NCBI GenBank assembly: GCA_050259635.1
Contig: JBLNBA010000004.1
Location: 203,005 to 267,004, forward strand
DNA length: 64,000 bases
DNA from: Bacillota bacterium
GTDB lineage: Bacteria > Patescibacteriota > Patescibacteriia > Patescibacteriales > UBA12465
Reading direction: 5' to 3'
A program made the translations under genes and the position numbers. A model generated the notes under the pieces. It worked only from the letters and a program-made list of their open reading frames with translations, did no database searches and was not told the origin of the DNA. Position 1 is the first letter of the stretch, and each line of letters starts with the position of its first letter. This document shows positions 36,537-44,519 of this stretch, piece by piece.

Positions 36537-37412
36537 TCATATTAATACCAAGCGAAATTCCTGATAAGCTTTAGCCACTTTCAAGTACACATCGTTAGAT
36601 ATCTGGGTGTTACCATTAGAGAAATACCGTTTGTTTACCTCAGATTGAGCCAGATCATTCGCCAGATTATTCAATATATATCTCACCGGCTCAATGTGAT
36701 CATTATGGTAATATGTACAAAACGATTCGGAAATTTTACCGACTTCCTTAAACTCCTTCAAATCTTTTTCTAGTTGCCTTGTGAAGATTTCATCTTCCAT
36801 CAGCCATTTAGACCAGCGCTCAACACCCTTATCTTTATCGCACTGAACAGCGATTCTATTAACGTAATCCGCAGAACTGGATACATCCAAACTTATCCTG
36901 CGTACATCGGATAAAGCCGCCAGGAAAATTAATCTTTCGGCTAATGGTTCCAAAACGAAAATTGGTTCATTGCGGAAACAAATCGTTAGCCAAAAGACAA
37001 CGTCGTACCAAAAGTTCAAAATTCCCTCCATCTTTGTGTTATTATCAGAAATGGTTTTTTTATTTCGGAGAAATGAAAGTACTATCGTTTCCAGTTTTTT
37101 ACTAGCCACCTCATCTGGACGCAGCCTTATGCTTTCGCAGGCTCGGTTCATTAGCTTTAAAAAATTCGTCACTTGAGACTGGCTCAAAGACGGTTGATTT
37201 TCTAATGCTCGTTCACTGATGTAGATCTGCAGGTCTGCTAATGCCGCAGCATTTACTTCTTTTACTCCGGAGCTAATTAGCGCCCCCCGATACCTAGCTA
37301 AGAGGTCGTTCCGATTTTTCTTTTCGTGTTTGCGGGATTTGTACCTTACAAACTGAATTATTACCGCGGCCATTACTACAACCACGATAAGCTCCCATAA
37401 TCTTGTGCTCAT
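36537..37412 (-). CDS. hypothetical N-terminally anchored protein, tandem paralog A (291 aa)
   Basis: Single TM segment followed by a helical domain. It shares the blocks YRG..SGVKEVNA.ALA.LQ.YI, CESIRL.PDE, ERWSKWLMED and YLKVA.AY.EF with paralog B. Confidence 0.6.
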   Translation of the reverse strand: MSTRLWELIVVVVMAAVIIQFVRYKSRKHEKKNRNDLLARYRGALISSGVKEVNAAALADLQIYISERALENQPSLSQSQVTNFLKLMNRACESIRLRPDEVASKKLETIVLSFLRNKKTISDNNTKMEGILNFWYDVVFWLTICFRNEPIFVLEPLAERLIFLAALSDVRRISLDVSSSADYVNRIAVQCDKDKGVERWSKWLMEDEIFTRQLEKDLKEFKEVGKISESFCTYYHNDHIEPVRYILNNLANDLAQSEVNKRYFSNGNTQISNDVYLKVAKAYQEFRLVLI

Positions 37413-37459
37413 GACTACTGATGTTTTAGGTTTGTTAAATTGTTTAAGAACAACCAGCT

Positions 37460-37488
37460 AAATTATCATTATTTAAGCGGGATGTCAA
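37460..37488 (-). promoter_or_regulatory. promoter TTGACA-N17-TAATTT for paralog A
   Basis: Hexamers read directly. The sequence ...aataatgaTAATTTa... is shared with the paralog B promoter. Confidence 0.5.
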
Positions 37489-37532
37489 CAAGTTATTAAA
37501 AACCCCGAGATTTTGTCTCGAGGCCATAATGA

Positions 37533-38408
37533 TCAAATAAGCATCACCTTAAACTCTTTGTACGCTTCGGCGACCTTCAAATAGGTTTCATTTGGTACAT
37601 GAGCGTCTCCGTCGGTAAACAACATTTTCTGCATATGGATAAGCACCAACTCATCGGCTAAGTCTTTCAACCGGGCTCCTACCGGGAATATATGCTCCTT
37701 TCTATAGTATTGGCGGAAATCATCGGATATTTCTCCGGCCTCCCTAAAACCCTCCAAATCTTTTTCCAGCCGATCCTTAAAGGTTACATCTTCCATCAGC
37801 CATTTAGACCAGCGCTCGATACAAGATTCAGCGCATCTTCTAGCGACCCGAGACACAATCTCTTCATATGAAGGGACACTGGGTGAGAAAGGATGAAGAC
37901 CTGATAATAAAGCAAAAAATATCAACCACTCGGCATAAGGATCCATCAAGAAACTACCAACATATGCGGAATCCAGACCTTGGACGACGTAATACCAAAA
38001 GCTAAAATGCTTATCGACCCCCGCTAATTCCTCATGACCGATCTTCTGCTTATGGGCCATTACGGGGAGCGCTATGGCCTCTAAATTTTTAAGAGCCGCC
38101 TCATCCGGATTAAGCCTTATGCTTTCGCAGACACGATTCACGTTCATAATAAACCTTATCATCTCTTCTTGGTCTATTGAAGATCTTGATTCTAGGGACT
38201 GCTCCCTAATATACATCTGGAGCTCGGCTAAGGCGGTAGCATTTACCTCTTTTACGCCGGAATAAACGAAGACGCCACGATATTCATCCAAGAGTTGGTT
38301 TCTGGCAATTATGCTCCGATGTTTAACCCTTTTTATAACCAGGATTATTACGGCGATAGTTAGTACCCAGGCCCCAACAAACATCCAAACAAATACATCT
38401 GTACTCAT
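37533..38408 (-). CDS. hypothetical N-terminally anchored protein, tandem paralog B (291 aa)
   Basis: It has the same length and architecture as paralog A. Confidence 0.6.
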   Translation of the reverse strand: MSTDVFVWMFVGAWVLTIAVIILVIKRVKHRSIIARNQLLDEYRGVFVYSGVKEVNATALAELQMYIREQSLESRSSIDQEEMIRFIMNVNRVCESIRLNPDEAALKNLEAIALPVMAHKQKIGHEELAGVDKHFSFWYYVVQGLDSAYVGSFLMDPYAEWLIFFALLSGLHPFSPSVPSYEEIVSRVARRCAESCIERWSKWLMEDVTFKDRLEKDLEGFREAGEISDDFRQYYRKEHIFPVGARLKDLADELVLIHMQKMLFTDGDAHVPNETYLKVAEAYKEFKVMLI

Positions 38409-38460
38409 GACTAATAGTTTTATGGTTAATACTGTTTTAATTGTCTAAGAACAACTAGTT

Positions 38461-38489
38461 AAATTATCATTATTTTAACTGAATGTCAA
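38461..38489 (-). promoter_or_regulatory. promoter TTGACA-N17-TAATTT for paralog B
   Basis: Hexamers read directly. Confidence 0.5.
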
Positions 38490-38580
38490 CCAAATTTGTA
38501 AAAAGGCGGGACTTTCAAGTAGCATGATAATACCCTATATACTAAAATAGTTTTGAAGGGCATTTAAATTTCTTCGATAA

Positions 38581-38610
38581 TTAAAACCCTGAAACAAATA
38601 TTTCAGGGTT
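38581..38610 (-). terminator. intrinsic terminator
   Basis: aaccctgaaa/tttcagggtt perfect 10-bp hairpin. Confidence 0.65.
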
Positions 38611-38631
38611 AATTTATACCTTCCTTCCCTA

Positions 38632-38967
38632 CTAGCGGATAGGCAGATTTCTCCACCAGATAACACCGGCTTCCGGGACTGTTGTATAGCCCCAATAAGT
38701 ATTCCTACCCTCGGTCGGGACTGCCGGGACATACCATCCGATTTGATCTCCTTGTCCTTTAGAAAACGGACTTTCCCAATCTTTCTTGTTACACTCTTTC
38801 TGATTCTTCTCCGCGCAGCTTGCACATAACAACTTTGTCCGAGAAGCTTCAGATTGATATTCACGCCAAAGCCGCACTTTGTGTGCGCCGCAATCGTCGC
38901 ATTTATAATCTTCCGGGATTGTCGCCTTTTTATAATTGACTGTCCCCACTTGTCTTAGAACTAACAT
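38632..38967 (-). CDS. hypothetical CxxC...CxxC zinc-ribbon protein (111 aa)
   Basis: CDDC and CASC pairs about 22 residues apart, with a Trp/Gly-rich C-terminus. It is preferred over the overlapping ORF 38535-38864. Confidence 0.5.
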   Translation of the reverse strand: MLVLRQVGTVNYKKATIPEDYKCDDCGAHKVRLWREYQSEASRTKLLCASCAEKNQKECNKKDWESPFSKGQGDQIGWYVPAVPTEGRNTYWGYTTVPEAGVIWWRNLPIR

Positions 38968-39008
38968 AGCACCTCCTTGTTGGTTAATTTATTATTTAAG
39001 TTAATTGT

Positions 39009-39407
39009 TTACTCAATTAGAGTAATATCAGTGTCGTAGATAAGCTCCATTCGATTAGAGGTAGAGAATTCTAAATATATCGCCCTTTTAAGGCCACCAG
39101 ATTTCCAGGCAAAATTCTCGGGAAAAGAATTCTCTCCGTTCACTGCAATAAGTTGCCCGGTTAATTTATAATCAAAAATATAATCACCTTTATCCGGAAC
39201 ATGATTATCATCGTTATAGAGCAACTCTATCGAAAATATTTTAATTTCATATATGTTCCAACCCTTGAAACTACAATGTAATTCTTCGTCCGATTTAGAT
39301 AATTTAGCCTTGATAAATAGGTGCTTTCTATTTCTAAAAGCATTAAATATATCATCAATTTTCGGCCTATCCTTATCTTTTTTTACAGCAAGCTTTTTTT
39401 CACTCAT
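39009..39407 (-). CDS. hypothetical protein (132 aa)
   Basis: ORF with its own promoter and the shared GAACCTTAAAAA 5' UTR motif. No family recognised. Confidence 0.5.
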   Translation of the reverse strand: MSEKKLAVKKDKDRPKIDDIFNAFRNRKHLFIKAKLSKSDEELHCSFKGWNIYEIKIFSIELLYNDDNHVPDKGDYIFDYKLTGQLIAVNGENSFPENFAWKSGGLKRAIYLEFSTSNRMELIYDTDITLIE

Positions 39408-39452
39408 GACTTCAATTTTTAAGGTTCGACAATAATTTTAGATTAACAAAAA

Positions 39453-39481
39453 AGCATATCATAGATACGCTTTTTTGTCAA
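39453..39481 (-). promoter_or_regulatory. promoter TTGACA-N17-TATGCT for the 132-aa gene
   Basis: Hexamers read directly. Confidence 0.45.
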
Positions 39482-39487
39482 TACCAT

Positions 39488-40102
39488 TCAGCTGAATCTT
39501 TTATATAAAATATTATTTATGAATTCATTTGTATCGCTGCCAAATTTTGGCGTTTCATATTCTAAAATTATAATTTCTTTCGAGTCGCAGCCTATGGCGC
39601 CACACTCTCTTTTTGCATATTCTAACTGCTTACCTTTAACATCTTCAAAAAGAGATTCTAAGTCGCGATACCCGTGAATGCCTCTTTGAGCAGCAAAAGA
39701 ATTTTCGAACCAATAAAACTTGCTAGCATTTTTATATACTAAAAAAGTGTGGGTTGGCAAACTATCTACCTCCTGTTCCCCAAACATTAAAAAATATACT
39801 TTGAATATGTAGTTCATTTTGGAAAACCATCTTCTTTCCAGCTCTACCTGGTCCCAACAAACACCATGTCTGCTAACTATTAGCTGCTCTGGTGTTTGCA
39901 GAAAATACTCTTTGTCAAAATCTTTATCAAAATCGGGATCCTTAATAGAAATTATTTTGTGGCTTTCTTTACCGACGTAGCCATATTCAAGGCTTTCCTC
40001 CATAAATTCTAATAATTCATCTGGACTTTGTATCTTTTCCAGTATTCGATCTAAATCTTCCGATATTTCTGGATTATTATTTAAATTTTCTTCTGAAACC
40101 AT
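39488..40102 (-). CDS. hypothetical protein (204 aa), possible transglutaminase/papain-like cysteine peptidase fold
   Basis: It shows the ordered pattern RHGVCWDQVELERRWF ... PTHTFLVY ... FYWFENS (Cys, His, acidic/Asn). This is a weak by-eye call. Confidence 0.45.
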   Translation of the reverse strand: MVSEENLNNNPEISEDLDRILEKIQSPDELLEFMEESLEYGYVGKESHKIISIKDPDFDKDFDKEYFLQTPEQLIVSRHGVCWDQVELERRWFSKMNYIFKVYFLMFGEQEVDSLPTHTFLVYKNASKFYWFENSFAAQRGIHGYRDLESLFEDVKGKQLEYAKRECGAIGCDSKEIIILEYETPKFGSDTNEFINNILYKRFS

Positions 40103-40225
40103 ACGGTTGTTCTTTCTAAGTAATCACTAGTATATATGATGTTTATACCACAAAACAGCATAATAGTCGAATGATTTTCGTATTAAATACGGGACAGCAT
40201 CCAAGATGGAAGCCACTTATTATCT

Positions 40226-40260
40226 AAAAAACAAAATAAAAACAGGCTCTTTCGAGTCTG
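40226..40260 (-). terminator. intrinsic terminator after tRNA-Asn
   Basis: caggctc/gagtctg hairpin (one G-U pair), with a T-rich run on the minus strand. Confidence 0.55.
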
Positions 40261-40274
40261 CTTTCCCGATGATG

Positions 40275-40346
40275 CTCCCGGGGTGGGATTCGAACCCACG
40301 ACCAATTGGTTAACAGCCAACTGCGCTACCGCTGCGCTACCCGGGA
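40275..40346 (-). tRNA. tRNA-Asn (anticodon GUU)
   Basis: I folded the cloverleaf by hand. Acceptor stem is TCCCGGG/CCCGGGA, D arm GCGC-AGCGGTA-GCGC, anticodon arm GTTGG-CTGTTAA-CCAAT, T arm GTGGG-TTCGAAT-CCCAC, discriminator G. No CCA is encoded. Confidence 0.9.
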
Positions 40347-40395
40347 ATATTAGATTGTTCTAAACAAAAAATGCTGCGATCAACATTTCTCCTAC

Positions 40396-40424
40396 ATTTT
40401 AGGCAAAATAGCTTCTCTAGTCAA
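40396..40424 (-). promoter_or_regulatory. promoter TTGACT-N17-TAAAAT upstream of tRNA-Asn
   Basis: Hexamers read directly, about 50 nt upstream of the tRNA 5' end. Confidence 0.4.
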
Positions 40425-40441
40425 GTCCTTTAATATTAGAC

Positions 40442-40467
40442 AAAAGCGCCCTTTTATGGGCGCTTTT
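40442..40467 (-). terminator. intrinsic terminator after rpoD
   Basis: aaaagcgccc/gggcgctttt perfect hairpin. Confidence 0.7.
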
Positions 40468-40509
40468 GCTATATATTACTATTCTTATTCCCTATATTCT
40501 CTCCTTTTC

Positions 40510-41814
40510 TTAGTAATCCCTCAATTTCTCCAGTCCCTTGAGCTTGCGGATCTTCTCTAAAGCCTTAGATTCGATCTGCCTGATACGCTCTCTGGTAACC
40601 TCAAATTCCTGCCCCACTTCTTCCAAGGTATGAGCTACGCCGTCTGTGAGCCCGAAGCGCATTTCAAGGATCTTCTGTTCTCTTGGAGACAGCTGGGCGA
40701 CAATATTCTTCACGTAGTCCCTCAGAAGCTGCAAGGCGGCAGCCCTGTCCGGGGTTACATTCTTCACATCCTCGATGAAGTCTTCCAGAGTGGAATCCTC
40801 TTCGTCATCGCCGATGCTGGTCTCGAGGGATATGGTGTCCTGGGAAATCTTTATGATATATCTCACCTTCTCAATATCTTCTCCCATTTCCGCAGCAATT
40901 TCTTCCGCCAAAGGTTCTCTCCCTAATTCCTGGATAAGGGTGCGCTGGACCTGCTGGAACTTATTAATAGTTTCCACCATGTGGACCGGAATACGGATAG
41001 TGCGACTCTGGTCGGCTAAAGCTCTGGTAATGGCCTGACGGATCCACCAGGTGGCATAGGTCGAGAACTTGAAACCTTTCCTAAATTCGAACTTCTCCAC
41101 CGCCCTGAATAACCCTATGTTCCCCTCTTGGATTAGATCCAGAAGGCTCAAGCCTTTGGCTCCAGCGAATTTCTTTGCAATGGAAACAACCAGGCGCAGA
41201 TTAGCCTCAATAATCTTCTTTTCCGCTTCCTTATCTCCCTTCTCCTTCCTTTTAGCAAGCTCCACTTCTTCCTCACCGCTCAATAAAGGCACTTTTCCGA
41301 TCTCTTTCAGATACATCTGGATGGAATCCGCACTGAGCTTAGATAGATCGAAGGTAACGGCCGCCGCCGCTTTGGCGGAGGTCATTTGCGGATTCTTTTC
41401 CTGGACATCGAGGATACGGCCGGAATCCTCCGCGATCCGGATCCCGTTCTTCTGCAGCTCTCCTAAGAAGACATCATATTCATATACATATTCTTCCACT
41501 TCGGGAAAAAGGAATAACAGCTCCGTTTCAGTGACGAACCCGCGCAAACGCCCTTTGGCGAGCAGCTTCAACAACTGCTCATCGCTTGGCTTCACCACTT
41601 CCCTGGCGGGCTTCTCTTGCACCTTGGCTTTAACCGGCTTAGAAGCAAGCTCTTTCTTAGCCGCCGGCTTCTTCGGTACGACTTTTTTCGGGGTGGGCTT
41701 TTTAATCACCTTGGGCTTGGCAGCGGCTTTGGCCGGCTTCTTGGCGTCCTTCTTTTTCAGAGGCGCTTTCTTGGAAGCAAGCTTCTTTGAGTTGTTATTA
41801 TTTTTGCTAGCCAT
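40510..41814 (-). CDS. rpoD: RNA polymerase sigma-70 factor RpoD with a Lys/Ala/Pro-rich N-terminal extension
   Basis: Regions 2-4 are recognisable ([36 protein letters not shown]; [27 protein letters not shown]). Confidence 0.9.
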   Translation of the reverse strand: MASKNNNNSKKLASKKAPLKKKDAKKPAKAAAKPKVIKKPTPKKVVPKKPAAKKELASKPVKAKVQEKPAREVVKPSDEQLLKLLAKGRLRGFVTETELLFLFPEVEEYVYEYDVFLGELQKNGIRIAEDSGRILDVQEKNPQMTSAKAAAAVTFDLSKLSADSIQMYLKEIGKVPLLSGEEEVELAKRKEKGDKEAEKKIIEANLRLVVSIAKKFAGAKGLSLLDLIQEGNIGLFRAVEKFEFRKGFKFSTYATWWIRQAITRALADQSRTIRIPVHMVETINKFQQVQRTLIQELGREPLAEEIAAEMGEDIEKVRYIIKISQDTISLETSIGDDEEDSTLEDFIEDVKNVTPDRAAALQLLRDYVKNIVAQLSPREQKILEMRFGLTDGVAHTLEEVGQEFEVTRERIRQIESKALEKIRKLKGLEKLRDY

Positions 41815-41821
41815 ATATAAG

Positions 41822-43612
41822 TTAAAATTGCAGCGCGTTAAGCTGGTCCGCTAAGTTTTTCAATTCTGCCATCAGCGCATCCAATCCCTCCCCTTTAGCT
41901 TCGGCGGATGCGATCTTGTCCTGCAACTGTTTAATACGCCCCTTAAGGCTGAATCTTTTCAATTCTACGATAATCTTGGTCAGCTCCACTTTGAGCTGGC
42001 CCGGATCGTAGGCGTAATAGTCTTTTTCACCCAAAAGGGCGAGCCGTCCGGCTAAACCGGCGCTACCATCGTCTTGTTCTTGCAAATATAAGCTAAAAGA
42101 ATCGAATTCCAAAACGGCGTATTTATTATAATAGATTATGAGGTTTCTGTAAAACGTCCGGTATGTCTCCCCGTCCAGGTCTTCCGGTTCGATATGGGAA
42201 GCCGCATTGTTGATCATCTCCGGCGTCCGAAGCAACATGGCAAGGAAAATTTCCGCCAACCGGTCTTCCCGGCTCAGGCTCTCCAGCGGGGCTGAAGGCT
42301 TCTCTGCCTCTTCCCTGGCTCGAAGCGGCCTTTCCTTGGCCGGAATCACGCTCTCCCTCAGGACTTGCTCACTGATCCCCACGACTTCTCCCAAACGCTG
42401 GAACCAATAATCTTGCTCGATCTTATTGGCAAGTTTGGAAATCATTATCAGCATCAGCCGTGACACCTCTTTCTTGTCCGCTACTTTCCTCAAGTCTTTC
42501 CCGGCTTTAACCTTATCGAAGTAATATTCCATCATCGGCTTCATGTTGAGCAAAGCCTCCTTGAAATCCGCCGGATTGGCCCGTAGGCAATCATCCGGAT
42601 CCTTATATTGTCCCGGCAGGATAATGATCTTGATATTAATGTCCAAAGCCATGGCTTCGGCAATCCCTCTATCCGCCGCCAGCTGCCCTGCCTGGTCCAT
42701 ATCGAAGGACAGGGCGATATTGTTTGTGAAACGCTGCAACAGGCGCAACTGCTCGGTGGTAAGGGCGGTACCGGAAGATGCCACCGCATTCTGGAAACCA
42801 TGCTGATGGCAAGAAATAGCATCCATCTGTCCTTCCACAATGATGGCGAAGCCTCTTTCCTTGATCGCCTTCTTCGCCTTGTCCAAGGCGAACAGCACCC
42901 GGCTTTTATCATAAGCCTCCGTCTGCGGGCTGTTGATATACTTCCCGCCCGGCGTTACTTCAGCCTTATCCGGATTGATGCGGGCGGTAAAGGCGATGAC
43001 GCTGCCATTTACGTCGCGGATCGGGAAAGTAATGCGATCACGGAAACGATCATAAAGGCTACCGCGCTCCCCGCGAGCCGCTAAGCCCGCCGCCATGATC
43101 TCATCATCCCGGAAACCTTTAGCCTTGAGGCCATTCATAAGAGCATTCCAGCTTTCCGGCGCATAGCCCACCTGCCACTCGCGGATAGTATCCTCATCCA
43201 AGCCTCTCCGCAAAAGATATTCTTTCATTTTCCTTCCCTCGGATTCGCTTTCTAACCATGACTGATACTGGGCGCTGGCTGCCTGCAGACAATCTAACAG
43301 GCGGCTGCGCCGGGAACGCTCTTGCGGATTATCGTTTTTCAAGACGACGCCCGCCCTCTGCGCCAGGAGCCGGAGGGTATCCGGAAAGCTCAAGCCTTCC
43401 ATCTCCTGGACGAAAGACAAGACATCCCCTCCCTTCCCGCAGCCGAAACAATGCCACATCTGCCGTTCCGGAGATACGTTAAAAGACGGGGATTTCTCCT
43501 TATGAAAAGGACAGTTGGCCTGGAAATTTGCGCCGGCCGCCTTCAGGGGAATATAGTCTCTTACCACCTCCACTATATCCAGTTTGGATTTTATCTCTTC
43601 AATGGGGGTCAT
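41822..43612 (-). CDS. dnaG: DNA primase DnaG
   Basis: Zinc finger [13 protein letters not shown]...[11 protein letters not shown] and a TOPRIM segment (IIVEGQMD). The start at MTPIEEIK lies 2 nt after the upstream stop. Confidence 0.9.
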   Translation of the reverse strand: MTPIEEIKSKLDIVEVVRDYIPLKAAGANFQANCPFHKEKSPSFNVSPERQMWHCFGCGKGGDVLSFVQEMEGLSFPDTLRLLAQRAGVVLKNDNPQERSRRSRLLDCLQAASAQYQSWLESESEGRKMKEYLLRRGLDEDTIREWQVGYAPESWNALMNGLKAKGFRDDEIMAAGLAARGERGSLYDRFRDRITFPIRDVNGSVIAFTARINPDKAEVTPGGKYINSPQTEAYDKSRVLFALDKAKKAIKERGFAIIVEGQMDAISCHQHGFQNAVASSGTALTTEQLRLLQRFTNNIALSFDMDQAGQLAADRGIAEAMALDINIKIIILPGQYKDPDDCLRANPADFKEALLNMKPMMEYYFDKVKAGKDLRKVADKKEVSRLMLIMISKLANKIEQDYWFQRLGEVVGISEQVLRESVIPAKERPLRAREEAEKPSAPLESLSREDRLAEIFLAMLLRTPEMINNAASHIEPEDLDGETYRTFYRNLIIYYNKYAVLEFDSFSLYLQEQDDGSAGLAGRLALLGEKDYYAYDPGQLKVELTKIIVELKRFSLKGRIKQLQDKIASAEAKGEGLDALMAELKNLADQLNALQF

Positions 43613-43614
43613 AG

Positions 43615-44055
43615 CTATGAGAATATCCGCTTCCACCAGGGAAGCTTTTTTTCTGGCGGCCGCTCGATGAGCTCTTGGGGACGGAGACTTTCCAGAACAT
43701 CTCTAGGCGCCTGGGATTGAGTTTCCGGTCTGGCCACTTCTGCCCGCGGAGACAAGTATGAGCGCAAACGCGCCACCTCTTGCTCTACCAGTTCGCCTTC
43801 ATATTCGCCGCTATGCCTGGTAATGCCGGCATAACTGGCCTTCTTCTGGTCCAGATGCAGATTAAAGAATACCTCCTCGGAGCCCGGTACTTCTTGTATA
43901 TATAAATGGAAACGGGGATAGAAATCCCCTCCCAATCGGCGCACAAAACTCTCCTGGCCGCTGTGCCGGTCGGTAAGAAACGTATAACCCGTCCGGCGGA
44001 GCCATTGGGCCGGGGGCATGCCTTGCAGCTGGTTATGCGATATTTTAAGCTTCAT
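43615..44055 (-). CDS. hypothetical protein (146 aa)
   Basis: ORF tightly coupled between the GtrA-like gene and dnaG. No family recognised. Confidence 0.5.
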   Translation of the reverse strand: MKLKISHNQLQGMPPAQWLRRTGYTFLTDRHSGQESFVRRLGGDFYPRFHLYIQEVPGSEEVFFNLHLDQKKASYAGITRHSGEYEGELVEQEVARLRSYLSPRAEVARPETQSQAPRDVLESLRPQELIERPPEKKLPWWKRIFS

Positions 44056-44518
44056 CGGTAGTTTGACGGAAAATAATAAATTTATAATTGAAGAAATTAA
44101 CCACTCCCAGGAATAGATTGACTATCAGCTGCGAAAGCAGATACCAGACGCCCAGATTATTGACCAATAGATGCATCCCCCAGCCATTCAAATACATACA
44201 GACGAAAGCGGAACCGAAATAGAGCATCAGTTGACGCGGCAGACGGATCTGGCTGTAATTGCGGAAGGTCCAAAGCTTCTGCAAGCTGAAGCTTACGGCA
44301 AAGGAAAAAATGAAAGCGGCGGAAGTCGCGACCACGATACCCCAACCTAGCTTTCCATGGAAGATAAAAAGAGCGAAAAGATCGACAATGCCAGCCAAGC
44401 CTCCGGATAGGAAGAATTTAATCACCGCCTTCCGCGCCTCGCAAAAACGGAAAAGGCCGGGACGGCAAGTAGCGAAAATTTGTTTAAAGCGGAAATATAG
44501 TCTATTTATCGTCGGCAT
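44045..44518 (-). CDS. GtrA-family membrane protein
   Basis: FLSGGLAGIVDLFALFIF... followed by 4 TM helices. The start at MPTINRLY lies 1 nt after the upstream stop. Confidence 0.7.
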   Translation of the reverse strand: MPTINRLYFRFKQIFATCRPGLFRFCEARKAVIKFFLSGGLAGIVDLFALFIFHGKLGWGIVVATSAAFIFSFAVSFSLQKLWTFRNYSQIRLPRQLMLYFGSAFVCMYLNGWGMHLLVNNLGVWYLLSQLIVNLFLGVVNFFNYKFIIFRQTTDEA

Positions 44519-44519
44519 A

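Larger units (their letters stand above)
36511..38489 (-). repeat. tandem duplication of a complete promoter-gene-terminator cassette (period 996 bp)
   Basis: Gene starts are at 37412 and 38408, the promoters at 37460 and 38461, and the terminator hairpins (cccgagattttgtctcggg and ccccgagattttgtctcgagg) at 36511 and 37503. Confidence 0.8.

Noticed and set aside
30168-38489. Possible CRISPR array among the repeated sequences.
   Set aside because: The only repeats are 234-bp in-frame coding repeats and a 996-bp gene cassette duplication. There are no short 25-40 bp direct repeats with unique spacers and no cas genes.
38535-38864. 109-aa minus-strand ORF overlapping the Zn-ribbon gene in another frame.
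   Set aside because: It runs through the terminator hairpin at 38581-38610 and has no start context. The 111-aa CxxC protein ORF has better features.
28700-40346. Classic integrative element (prophage/ICE) inserted at tRNA-Asn.
   Set aside because: There are no integrase, excisionase, transposase, phage structural or conjugation genes. By eye I found no second copy of the tRNA 3' segment. It is kept only as a compositional island in the findings.
41069-41854. 261-aa plus-strand ORF.
   Set aside because: It is entirely antisense to rpoD. Its low-complexity Ser/Phe/Leu-rich translation is typical of the reverse frame of a Lys/Glu-rich gene.
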